A stretch of 64,000 bases of DNA from the human T2T-CHM13v2.0 reference genome, Homo sapiens: the NCBI RefSeq assembly GCF_009914755.1, contig NC_060928.1; one strand, given 5' to 3'. Of the stretch, positions 25,399 to 37,892 are shown in pieces (the first letter of the stretch is position 1; each line of letters opens with the position of its first letter). The position numbers were made by a program, and so were the translations under genes. The notes under the pieces are model-generated. The model was given only the letters and a program-made list of their open reading frames with translations. It ran no database searches and was not told the origin of the DNA.

Positions 25399-28300
25399 AT
25401 GACAAGATCAAATTCACACATAACAATATTAACCTCAAATGTAAATGGGCTAAATGCCACAATTAAAAGACACAGACTGGCAAATTGGATAAAGAGTCAA
25501 GACCCATCAGTGTGCTGTATTCAGGAGACCCATCTCACGTACAAAGAGGCACATAGGCTCAAAATAAAGGAATGGAGGAGCAAATGGAAAGCAAAAAAAA
25601 AAAAAAAAAAAAAAAAGCAGGAGTTGCAATCCTAATCTCTGATAAAACAGACTTTAAACCAACATAGATCAAAAGACACAAATAAGGGCATTACATAATG
25701 ATAGGTCTTAGAGACCTACAAATAGACTTAGATGCCCACACAATAATAGCGGGAGACTTTAACACCCCACTGTCAATACTGGACAGATCAATGAGACAGA
25801 AAATTAACAAGGATATTCAGGACGAACTCAGCTCTGGATGAAGTGGACCTAATAGACATCTACAGAACTCTCCACCCCAAATCAACAGAATATACATTCT
25901 TCTCACCACCTCATCGCACTTATTCTAAAATTGACCACATAATTGGAAGTAAAACACTCCTCAGCAAAGGCAAAAGAATGGAAATCATAACAAAGAGTCT
26001 CTCAGACCACAGTGCAATCAAATTAGCACGCAGAATTAAGAAACTCACTAAAGACCACACAACTACATGGAAACTGAACAACAGGCCCCTGAATGATTAC
26101 TGGGTAAATAACAAAATAAAGGCAGAAATAAAGATGTTCTTTGAAACCAATGAGAATGAAGGCACAATGTACCAGAATCTCTCGGACACATTTAAAACTG
26201 TGTAGAGGGAAATTTATAGCACTAAATGCCTACAAGAGAAAGCAGGAAAGACCTAAAATTGACACCCTAACATCACAATTAAAAGAACTAGAGAAGCAAG
26301 AGGAAACAAATTCAAAAGCTAGCAGAACACATGAAATAACTAAGATCAGAGCAGAACTGAAGGAGATAGACGAAAAACCCTTCAAAAAAATCGATGAATC
26401 CAGGAGCTGTTTTTTTTTTGAAAAAATCCACAAAATAGACTGCTAGCCAGACTAATAAAGAAAAAAAGAACAAACGCAATAAAAAGTTATATAGGGGATA
26501 TCATCACTGATCCCACAGAAATACAAACTACCATCAGAGAATGCTATAAACACCTCTATGCAAATAAACTAGAAAATCTAGAAGAAATGGATAAATTCCT
26601 GGATGCATACACCCTCCCAAGTCTAAGCCAGGAAGAAGTTGAATCCCTGAATAAGCCAATATCAGGTTCTGAAATTGAGGCAGTAATTAATAGCCTACCA
26701 ACCAAAAAATGTCCAGGACCAGACAGATTCATAGCAGAATTCTACCAGAGGTACAAAGAGGTGCTGATACCATGCCTTCTGAAACTATTCCAAACAATAG
26801 AAAAAGAGGGAATCCTCCCTAACTCAGTTTATGAGGCCAGCATCATCCTGATACCAATACCTGGCAGAGACACAACAAAAAAAAAGAAAATTTCAGGCCA
26901 ATATTCCTGATGAACATCGATGTGAAAATCCTCAATAAAATACTGGCAAACCAAATCCACCAGCACATCAAAAAGCTTATCCACCATGATCAAGTTGGCT
27001 TCATATCTGGGATGCAAGGTGGTTCAAAATACACAAATCAATAAACGTAATTCATCATATAAAGAGAACCAATGACAAAAACCATATGATTATCTCAATA
27101 GATGCAGAAAAGGCCTTTGATAAAATTCAACACCTCTCCATGCTAAAAACTCTCAATAAATTAGATATTGATGAAATGTATCTCAAAATAGTAAGTGCTA
27201 TTTATGACAAACCCACAGCCAATATCATACTGAATGGGCAAAAACTGGAAGCATTCCCTTTGAAAACTGGCACAAGACAAGGATGCCCAATCTTACCACT
27301 CCTATTCAACAGAGTATTGGAAGTTCTGGCCAGGGCGGTCAGGCAAGAGAAAGAAATAAAGGGTATTCGAATAAGAAGAGAGGAAGTCAAATTGTCTCTC
27401 TTTGTAGATGACATGATTGTTTAGAAAACCCCATCATCTCAGCCCAAAATCTCCTTAAGCTGATAAGCAAATTTAGCAAAGTCTCAGGATACAAAATCAA
27501 TGTGCAAAAATCACAAGCATTGCTATACAGCAATAACAGACAAACAGAGAGCCAAATCGTGAGTGAACTCCCATTCACAATTGCTACAAAGAGAGTAAAA
27601 TATCTAGGAATCCCACTTACAAGGGATGTGAAGGACCTCTTCAAGGACAAATACAAACCACTGCTCAAGGGAATAAAAAAGGACACAAACAAATGGAAAA
27701 ACATTCCATGCTCATGGATAGGAAGAATCAACATCGTGAAAATGGCCATACTGCCCAAAGTAATTTACAGATTCAATGCTATCTCCATCAAGCTACCACT
27801 GACTTTCTTCACAGAGTTGGAAAAAACTACTTTAAACTTCATATGGAACCAAAAAACAGCCCACATAGCCAAGATAATCCTGGGCAAGAAGAACAAAGTT
27901 GGAGGCATCACACTACCTGACTTTAAACTACACTACAAGGCTACAGTAAACAAAACAGCATGGTACTGGTATCAAAACAGATATATAGACCAATGGAACA
28001 GAACAGAGGCCTCAGAAATAACACCACACATCTACAACCATCTGACCTTTGACAAACCTGGCACACACAAGCAATGGGGAAAAGATTCCCTACTTAATAC
28101 ATGGTGTTGGGAAAACTGGCTAGCCATATGCAGAAAACTGAAACTGGACACCTTCCTTACACCTTATACAAAAATCAACTCAAGATGAATCAAAGACTTA
28201 AATGGAAGACCTAGGAACATAAAAATCCTAGAAGAAAACCTGGGCAATACCATTCAGGACATAGGCATGGGCAAAGACTTCATGCCTAAAACACTAAAAG

Positions 28301-28872
28301 CAATGGCAACAAAAGCCAAAATAGACAAATGGGATCTAATTAAACTAAAGAGCTTCTGCACAGCAAAGGATACTATCAGCAGAGTGAACAGGCAACCTAC
28401 AGAATGGGAGAAAATTTTTGCAATATATCCCTCTGACAAAGGGCTAATATCCAGAATCTACAAAGAACTTAAACAAATTTACAAGAAAAAAACAACCCCA
28501 TCAGTAAATGGGCAAAGGATATGAACAAGCACTTCTCAAAATAAGACATTTATTCAGCAAACAGAAATATGAAAAAATGTTCATCTTCACTGGTCATTAG
28601 AGAAATGCAAATTAAAACCACAATGAGATACCATCTCACGCCAGTTAGAATGGTGATCATTAAAACGTCTGGAAACAACAGATGCTGGAGAGGTTGTGAA
28701 AAAAGAAGAATGCTTTTACACTGTTGGTGGGAGTGTAAATTAGTTCAACCATTGTGGAAGACAATATGATGATTCTTCAAGCATCAAGAACTAGAAATAC
28801 CATTTGACCCAGCCTTCCCATTACTGCGCATATACCCAAAGCACTACAAATCTTTGTACGATAAAGACACAT
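25399..28872 (+). pseudogene. L1 ORF2p remnant (APE endonuclease, RT, C-terminal domain), fragmented
   Basis: ORF-track fragments MTRSNSHITILTSNVNGLN...CCIQETHL (endonuclease), [24 protein letters not shown]...[14 protein letters not shown]...[10 protein letters not shown] (RT; FADD changed to FVDD), and RCWRGCEK...[14 protein letters not shown] (C domain). Confidence 0.97.
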
Positions 28873-29199
28873 ATTTAGAGACTCTCATTCCCATTGGAAG
28901 TCAAAGTGTTTGTCCTTCCTTCTTTGTAAACAACAATACCCTGAGGTGTATTCTGAAAACAACGTTCACAGCTGAAAAAGCAAAATTCTGGTTTTCAACG
29001 TTAAATGTGTTACCTCTTTGTAAAATAAGATACTATTTTCTCTGTTTTTTTAAAACTCAGGAAAAATTATCATCCAAAGTTAGTAGGTAATCAGTTCCCA
29101 GATTTCTCAAAATAGTCTAGAAATCCAAGTTTCATTTTTCTAGACACATTTGAACTTATGCTATTATGTGTCCTGATTTTGCCTTCGATAAAATATATG

Positions 29200-30010
29200 T
29201 AATGGAAACTAGCCATGTTAAGTGTTTATTCTGTGCCAGCATAGTAAGACAAAGGCTTTCTTTTCAACCAAACTCTAGTCAGGCTCCATCTTCTTGATTA
29301 GGCCCCAAATTTGGCCTGCAAAACTTGCAGACTTTCAGCACAAATGATTTTGTCTACCTTTAATGCTAAGGGACTTGAACAAACATTAATAAAATTTTCA
29401 CCAGCTCAATGCTGTATCCCTAAGATAATTACTCCATCCCCCTTAAGTTCCTGCTTGGGAAATGAAGCTCAAAGTTGCCAAAATACTCCAGCCAATACCT
29501 GAACATCAGACCCGTCTCCCAGTCTCTTTGGGCAGATAGAAGCCTGACTTCTATAACATCCAGTTGGCAAATCCAGAGGGCCTCATTGTTTTAACTAACC
29601 TCCACTTCCACTTATTGTAAATTTCTACTACTGCGTCTGATCAAGTCCTCCCTCATGGCTCCTCCCTATTTTCTCATTCTCCTTTAAAATGCCCAGTCAT
29701 CTCTGCTCAAATTAAAGTTGAGTTCCATTTACACTGGGCTTTCTTCTCTATCGCAATAGTTATTGCTGAATAAAACCTGTTGTTTCCACTTTAGTGCCTG
29801 GATTTGTTTATTTTTGACAACAACTACTACATGTATTAACTTATTTATTTATTGCCTCACTTTTATGAAGTGGAGAATATTATCCACATAGATGAGTAAA
29901 TAAAAACAAGAGAAAGTCATGTAACTTTTTCAAGACCAAATAGTTGCTCAGTGGTGAAGTGGTGAGTTGACATCCAGAATTCTGGCTTGAGAATGTTTGC
30001 TCATATACTT
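29200..30010 (-). mobile_element. MIR SINE split by an LTR (29200-29246 and 29820-30010)
   Basis: Antisense MIR 'ttaagtgtttattctgtgccagcatagt' continues after the LTR as 'tacatgtattaacttatt...atagatgagtaaa...gagaaagtcatgtaactt'. Confidence 0.7.
29247..29819 (+). mobile_element. ERV1 solo LTR, MER67/MER31-like
   Basis: Begins 'agacaaaggctttcttttcaaccaaactctagtcaggctcc', contains an AATAAA ('ctgaataaaacc') and ends 'tttgaca'. Confidence 0.75.
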
Positions 30011-33000
30011 GTAGCTTTGGCCTACACTTAAAAAGCCAGGGACTACATTTCTATTACTGTCCTCAACCTTAGGGTAAACACAAATCTTTTTATTTATTCT
30101 ATATAATAAGGATGAAATTTAATCCTAGCAGAGTTCAATCTATGGATCACAGATACTGTACCTATTTCTTATTCATAAACCTGACTTAATCCCATTTCAC
30201 AATGTATTTCTAATTATAATGACATCCACTTTGATCTTTTATAGCCATGCTATTTAGAAGACATTGGTGTTTTTTATGTTCTTTTTTCAAAATAGTACTT
30301 TGACTCTCATGTTATATCTATAAATAAATCAAATATGTTATTGCAATATCAAATGAATACACACACACATATATATAATGTACATATGCTCTACATGTAT
30401 GGCATTAGAAAAGAATGAATATATCTTTAGAAAAAATGGCAGATATTTGGTACTAGACACAATAGCATTTGAAGCATAAATTGATTATTACCCATTAAAT
30501 AGAAAATGTCAGTACTATTCTTCTTTATTAAGCCATTGGTGAAAAAAATGCCTACATGATCCACAAATATACTCATTCATTATAAGCAGGCATCTCTATT
30601 AGCTTTAGGCACTACATTATTAAAATTATAACTTCACTAAGCAGTCAACTAACTTTTAATCTCTGTTTTTATGTGGTGGTAAAATTCTACTGCCTGAAAA
30701 TAACAATGTTATAAAGAACTTTTCTATAAATTTACAAACTGGGAGAAAATCTAAATAACTTTCTGAAATAATCAGATTTCATTTGAGCCTAAAGTGAATT
30801 GAAATAGTAATGGAAATGAGCTATAATTTTCTTCGTATAGTATGTTATTCCTCTAGTGAGATCTGATTAAAAATATGCCAGTGTTCAGGCACATTTTATT
30901 ATTCACCATATTGATGAATTCAGGTTATCCCAATGTGAGCTGAAATAATATATTCTAAGAGGACATATTATCCTTCACGGAAATATGCATAATAAAGAGA
31001 AATTTAGGAATCTATGGCTTATGGTGTGTTGATTGATCTCTAGAGGAAGCTCCACTTTGTTTTGTGCCCTGGAGATTTTCATACTCGGGAGGTGCATCGC
31101 AGGAACACATGGAATCTGTAAAGGGTGTGGCTTTCTTTTGTAAACTACAAAGTCAATTATGTGCAAATTTTAAAAAGTCTATTTAAGAATATAGTACAGA
31201 TAGAAGGTGAGAAACTACAAGCTGATTTTCTTAAAATGATTTGCATCCTTCTCCTGAACATCGTTCTGTGCTAACATGGAAATCAGTATCCTATTTTGAG
31301 GCACTGTTACATATATTTTGGAGATGCTTTATGTTAACTAACTCACTCTTTATTAGTAAATATTGATGTAACAAGGGAGCAAAAATGTTGAGATATGCAC
31401 AATCCTTACTTACTTGATTTTTTTCATTCTAATAGCACATAAATATTTTTATTTGTATTTTACTCTGTATCTACATATTTGCTTTTTTGTGTTTTATTTG
31501 TTTATTCCTATTTTTATGACTTATTTTCCTGAAAAACTTGCCATTTGCCATATGTTCTAATACTACTCATATGAATATCTAGGTGCTTAATTTTAAGAAT
31601 GAATTAATAAATTAATTGTTACCTAGGTAAAATTTTAGTAAATACGATTAATGTAATTAGAGATTAATTTTATGTTACCATGAAGCATACTAGTACTAAG
31701 AATCAGATCCCACAGGAAGTGGATATCAGGTCCAGAACTGAGAAGAGAATAGACAATATTCATATAGAAGAAGAGCGAGATGATCAGAAAATGACACAGG
31801 AACCAGCAGAGCGAAGAGCAACCTAAATCATTAGTTGAGAAATGTTTTGAGCAGGTATAATAGCACATTGCTGCAATTGTCTGAGCATTTTAACAAATGT
31901 TTGCTAGGTACTTTTCAAACGCTAATTAATTACAATCCTCAGTATCTCTGCAGGAAACAAAAGATTGATATGTACCCTTAGAACTGTCAACCATACTGTC
32001 AAATATCCACTACTTGCCGTGCTCATCACCACAGTCTCCTTTTTTCTACTCTGCTCACTATTACACTAACAATGGGCAATTATTGAAACAAAATATTTGG
32101 GTATTTTTAATGTCATTATTAATAAATCCAAAAATATTTAGAATGACCATTTGTACCTCTTTGTATTTGTGTCAGTTTTTGTAATTTTGCTGATTTTTTG
32201 TTTGCTTTGCTTTCAAGAGGATTTTAATGATACAGGTTTAATATACTTTTATGAAAAAATATGGCACAAGCACTGTTTGAAAAGTGATAAAAATTATTGG
32301 ATGGCCTGTTGTCTAGTAATGCTCATTTTTTTCTTCACTTATTATCTCTAATGATCACTCTCTATGTGTATTTAACACCTGTTCATTTGTCCTTTCACTC
32401 ATCTCACCCTTAATATTCATGTATCTGGTGATCACTGAAGATCACTAATAGATTCCCCTCCTATCCCAAACATTAATATTGTACAATATCCTTCCTCAGG
32501 CCAATGTGTAATCTGGGTCCTACACAAGTAGTGGAACTTTGGTCATCTTAGAGAGAGCAGCCAGAAGCAGAATAGGATGGGAGCTGAGACAGAGGGACCA
32601 AGATCAGTTAACAAGCCAAAGGGGGTAGCTAAAAATTTAGAAGTAAATGAGGGTGGAATTAGAATGTAGAAAGAATGATTTTGGCAACTTCTATAAAGAG
32701 ATTATGGAGTCCGACTTGCCTTTCTTGGCCAGCAAATGTGCTCTGAATTAAGTTGGGGCACCTTAAAATTACTTTATATGACCAAGACCAATAAACTTTG
32801 TATTTACCACGTATTTAATCAAGTACATACAAAATTAAATAAATCATTACTTTACATTTAACCCAAAATATTGTGCATGTATTCTTTACTGTCTATACCC
32901 AACTTTTTCTATTTAGATATTTGGATGCTAATTGAACAAAATAATCAGAATTGAGCTATTACTGATATCTAAACCACTTTTGTATCATCAGCCGGTATTG

Positions 33001-33464
33001 CAAAATAAATAAATAAATAAATAAAATATAACAAGTAGTCAAAGCAGTAACATCAATAAGTACATAAGCAAAAAGCCAATTCATACATCCTCCTGTTTTC
33101 TGTACACATGTTAAACATATGGTTATTATCTATGCAATATGCCAACTAAGTTTACCCCAGTTGATAATGGCTGCTTAGTAGATACTTTATATCTACTAAT
33201 AATATAAAGTTAATTTCCTAAAATTGTACTTCATTAAACAAAATAATACACTTATTTCTATATAATCTTCACATGCTTAGGCATTAGAAAATGGCTTTGT
33301 TAAATTACAAAGGTAGGTAAATAGTTTATTACTCATCTTTATTAGAGCAAATACTTGTGTTGTTGTTTTCCTTCCTATATAAGCACAGAATTATAACTAT
33401 TAATTGTTTAAATGTATTTGGAGTTTCTTCCCAAATCTGACAATGAGTCACTATAAATGAGCTA

Positions 33465-33811
33465 TGTCTTCATCAGTTTGGACTGCTATAACAAAGTACC
33501 AAAGACTGGGTGGCTTGAAACAATAGAAATGTTTTCCTTACAATTCTGGAGGCTGGACGACTGAGATCAGTGTGCCAGCATGGTTAGGTTCTGGAGTGTT
33601 CTCTTCTGGCTTACAGATTACTAACTACATGGCGGAAAGAGCAGAGAAAGTTCTCTGAGGCTTCTTTTATAAGGGCCCAGATCAATTCATGAGCGTTCCA
33701 TCCTCATGAACACATCATTTCCAAAATTCCTCACCTCCTGATACCATTACATTGGGAATTATGATTTCAACATTTGAATTTTGAGGGGAAACAAACATTT
33801 AGTTCCTAACA
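33465..33811 (-). mobile_element. MLT1A/MLT1A0-like MaLR solo LTR
   Basis: TG...CA termini ('tgtcttcatcagtttggactgctataacaaagtacc'...'aaacatttagttcctaaca'). 5-bp TSD agcta/tgcta. Confidence 0.9.
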
Positions 33812-35879
33812 TGCTATTAATGACTACATAGCATTTCTGTTTTATTTTAAAATGAAACTAGGTTTCATTTATACTGACGCTCCTAAAAAGACTGGTGTAT
33901 TTCATAAAGCCAAAATTCTTGGATGTATTGACTTGGAATCATTCACCATTCATTCCATGACAGGCTGGATACCTAAAGTTTTGGATTACTGTTTTTGGGT
34001 TTGGAGGGTTTTGTTTGTGTTTGTGTTTGCTAAGCACATAATTTAAACAGATAATGATATTGTAAAATGTTTCATTTGTTGACTTTGGATTCATTAAATG
34101 ATACTGTGTCTTCAGAGAATAAATCTTAAAATTACTTTGGGAGTATCCACTTACTATTAAGTACCATACTTTCAAAACAAAAAAACAAACAAAAAAACAA
34201 AGACCGGATTTATTTAGACTGGATTTATTTTTTAAATGACAATATTCTTACTTGTTCAGGAAAGCAGGAAGCCCAGTAGATACTGACCAAGTATATTTAC
34301 TACAAAGCAATGAATTAATATTTCTTCTTAGGAACTCAGACTTTTTGATCATCCAAACATAGCTCTTTCTTTATCCACTAGAAATCAAAGGTATAGCATT
34401 TTTAGTAAGCTGAAAAATAATTATTATAAAACTGTGGTCTTTGTGAAAAAGAGTAAAAACATAGATATCCAAGGCTACATCTTCCATTTTAAAAACTCTG
34501 TTTCTCCAGAGCACTATATTTGAAGTGCACTTAGGTCTCATTTTACAAGAGAGCAGAAATGTGCATGTTGGACAATGGTACAGAGAGGACGTGGTTCCCC
34601 TATGCAGGAGCTCCAGTTAATACAACACAGTGCAGAGCAATGGATGCCTGTACCTTTAACTCAGTTAAGGAAGAATTTATTTTAACTTATTATGATTATC
34701 CTCTAGCCCAAAATTTGTAGAATATTTGTTTATTGTCTAAACAGAATAGATTTTTGGGAGCCTTCGGTCTTGAAATATTCTTTCATTACTTGCAAATTGC
34801 AACGTCACCTCACAGAATTTCCTTCACAGAAATGCTTAGAATAACTAAATCTTTCGGTAATCTCATAATTATTGCACGGTTTATGAAACTTTTGAAACGT
34901 ATTGTTGACAGTGTTTCATAGGTTAAAAGTATTCTTCAGAAGACAATATTTTTACTGTCATAATTTGTTACTACCTGAGATTGTCTTTCTTGAGGAAGGT
35001 ATTTCAGAAAATTTCCTGAAAGCTTTTAGACCTTAGCACACATTTATTTTTTAAATCTAATTTTAGTTATTTTCACTAGCCGTAATATTTGTTTTAAAAA
35101 ATTTGCTCTCTTGGATAAAATTTATGTTTTCCTTTTTTATTTCTCAGACATATAACTTGTTCATTTCTTACTTTTCAAGAAGAAATAGGTGTATAGAGAT
35201 ACGCATTTTGCCTCTGCTTTTCTATATGGGGCAGTAAAAATATAGCAAATATGTATATGTTAGCTATTAATAAAATTGGGACAAAATAGTAGAAAAAGAT
35301 GAGTAACTGAGAAGGAGAATGGAATAAAAATTAAGGGAGAGCGAGAAACACAGGCAGAGGAAAAGGAGGGAGAACACATGGAACAACAGTGATGAATGGG
35401 TGGTGACTAGAAGAGTTATAATGTTGATAGAAGATAAAAACATAGGGGACAAGTCAGAGCAGATAAAGGGAGTGAGGAATAATTGAAAGTCAATAAAAGA
35501 AGAGAGAAAGAAGAAAGGACAGTGTGGTGAACAATGAAAATACTGGATATAAAGAGAAATTCTGGACAGTGAAGGAATTTGGTGGGGCTGGAGCATCAGA
35601 GCTTATTTTCACTGATAGTTCGTCTCAAAACCTAGAGAAATAAAGTGGACCCACTCCACTCAGAAAAGGCTTTCCTCCCAACTTGACCTCTTGGAGTCAT
35701 GAGGACCAGACCCACTGGTTTGCCAGCTAGTTACTGGCCAATTCATGTTCCAGATTGCAGTTGCATTAGGATTCCTGTCTTCGTTTGGTGGAGTCGGTCA
35801 TTGCTTACTATCCTAGATAATTTAGAAAGTCTGAATTTATATTCTGGGTACCAAGATACTTTCTAAGTAATCAGGGTCC

Positions 35880-36116
35880 CAGTGCCATGACAAGCCATAT
35901 TCGTGGCAGAAATAAAAGAAAAAAATCAGTAATGCTGATACAGTCTCTATTTTTTAATTTTGATATTTTGTTCACCATAGATATCTTTGTGTCAATTTTG
36001 ACTTTAACATATAACATGAGATGTGTTGTGTCCTGATTTACTGTTTTTTTGGCATCCTCTAAAACTTCGCAACTAAAGCTAGTTTATCATTCACCTCTCT
36101 CCTTTCCCAGCCCTAG
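35880..36116 (-). mobile_element. hAT-type MITE (MER96B-like)
   Basis: 'cagtgccatgacaagccatatt...aattttgatattttgttcaccatag...cccagccctag' matches the reverse complement of a MITE consensus I recall; the family name is less certain. Confidence 0.55.
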
Positions 36117-36331
36117 AGTTTTCCCTAATCATTCAGTATAAGTAAATTATTACAACGGATTCCTATCCTTATTACTGTCTGAGCACACCTGTTTGCCAGC
36201 AGAACTGGAGCCTTGCTTCAAAAAGCAATAGAAAGAAAGCTAAAAATCTGTCTTCAACTGAATTGTGAAGCCTGAACTAGTTTAAAAAAAAACTAGTAGA
36301 AAGGAAACAGAGGAAAAGAACGAAGAGTGAG

Positions 36332-37055
36332 TGTGTAAGAAAAAAATTTGGCTGGTTTCTTTTGCCAGTTTCTGGGAGGTGGTCTCCAAATCCTTGGAAT
36401 TTCCTGAGTGATAGGAGTGTCTTTGTTATTCATGGTGTCCCCTCTTCATTACCCTACTTGATAGCTTGTGCTAAGGAGATGACTCGGGATGAGGGCTGGT
36501 CAAACCAGAAAGACTATATATTAGAGTTAGGGATTTGGGCCAGCTGATAGTAGCCTGAACTCCAGGGATGAGAAAAAGACTGGAGAGTGGGTTACATAAC
36601 AGGTCAGTCAAACAATCAAGCCTATGTAATGATGTCTCAATAAAAACTATGAACACCAAAGCTCAGGTGAGCATCCCTGGTTGGCAATAATTTGTTTGTA
36701 GTCACCCATCAATGTGGTGCATCCTCGCCACAGGGAGAGGACATTCAAAGCTTCCCCTTTGGGACCCTCCCAGACCATGCCATGTGTGTTTCCACCTTTG
36801 GCAAGTACTGATTTGTATCTTTTTGCTGTAGCAGAATTGTCATTGTAAGTTAGGGCTTTCCTGAGTTCTGTGAGTTGTTCTAGCAAATTATCAAACAAGG
36901 AGTAGTGGGAACTCCTGAATTTGTAGCCAGCTGGTCAGAAGTGAGAACGACCTGAGGACCACTGACCTTGTGGCTGGTGTTAAAGGCGAGGGCAGTCTCG
37001 TGGGGTTGGGGGGGTTGGCCTAACTCTGGGTTAGTTGTTATCAAAAGTCACTGCA
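36332..37055 (+). mobile_element. MER21 (MER21B-like) solo LTR
   Basis: 'ccttggaatttcctgagtgataggagtgtctttgttattcatgg' and 'ctttcctgagttctgtgagttgttctagcaaattatcaaac' are MER21-type. TG...CA ends, with flanks gtgag/gtgat. Confidence 0.85.
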
Positions 37056-37855
37056 GTGATAAATTAATGCTTTGTTTCTGATGGACTTTAAGTCAGTGGC
37101 CCCCAAACCACTTGTGTAAATTTTGACCTACCTTCAAAGCTTGACTCACGTTCAATCATCTTTATGAAACATCCGAAATATTCCAGCTCTCATCAATTAG
37201 TTTCTCCTTTGAGCACCCAAAATACTTGTCAATATATGTTATTTAGCACCTTGCTTCAATTAAATTGCAACATTAAGTGAGGCTAGTGACTTTTACTACA
37301 GTGCTTGGGCAATGTATTAATTTCATAAGTTATTCCAAGAATCTGCAACCAACATGTTTGGAAATTTTTGATGTTTATAGCGATAAGCTTCTGTGTAAGA
37401 GTGGCTGCTTCCCATGATTTTTCTGTTTTTGTTCACCATTTATTGGTATACCAAAATCTCAAATTTCAACATATGTTGAATAATGTGTGTATATGATTTT
37501 ATATATAGTATGTAGTAGTGTACCCACTAAATTATAAGTTATTGAGGTTCTTGATTCTGCCGAATACTTCAGTGTCTCCCAAAACAATAATAAAGTTGCA
37601 ATCATGTTTCAGTGAATTAATAAAATTTGCAAAACAAAATGTAGAGAACAAACCAAATCTGCCAAATCTAAAAAGTTAGCTTTAATTTCTAAGTTTGACT
37701 ACATAACATTGGAATTGGGTTGATTCTTCTAATGCTGCTCAGATAAGAACGATATACATGACATACTTGATATGTTTCCATTAAGTGTTCCTTTAGGAAT
37801 GCTTTATAATCCCCAAATTTGATCAAACTGTCTCTCAATCATAGCCAATTTAGAA

Positions 37856-37859
<4 letters not shown>

Positions 37860-37890
<31 letters not shown>
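37860..37890. repeat. (TG)15 perfect microsatellite
   Basis: Uninterrupted TG run seen directly. Confidence 0.97.

Positions 37891-37892
<2 letters not shown>

Larger units (their letters stand above)
23084..28872 (+). mobile_element. L1PA7/8-like LINE-1: 5' UTR present from its start, decayed ORF1/ORF2, 3' end missing
   Basis: Starts with the L1PA 5' terminus 'gtggattcaagatgactgaataggaacagc' (YY1 site caagatggcc mutated). Collinear ORF1 and ORF2 follow. Similarity stops abruptly at '...gataaagacacat' with no 3' UTR or poly(A). Confidence 0.97.

Noticed and set aside
27502-28188. 228-aa ORF as a functional gene
   Set aside because: It is a fragment of the frameshifted L1 ORF2, with no initiation context of its own.
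35267-35596. 109-aa hydrophobic minus-strand ORF
   Set aside because: A product of a purine-rich low-complexity tract (F/L/S bias), not a membrane protein.
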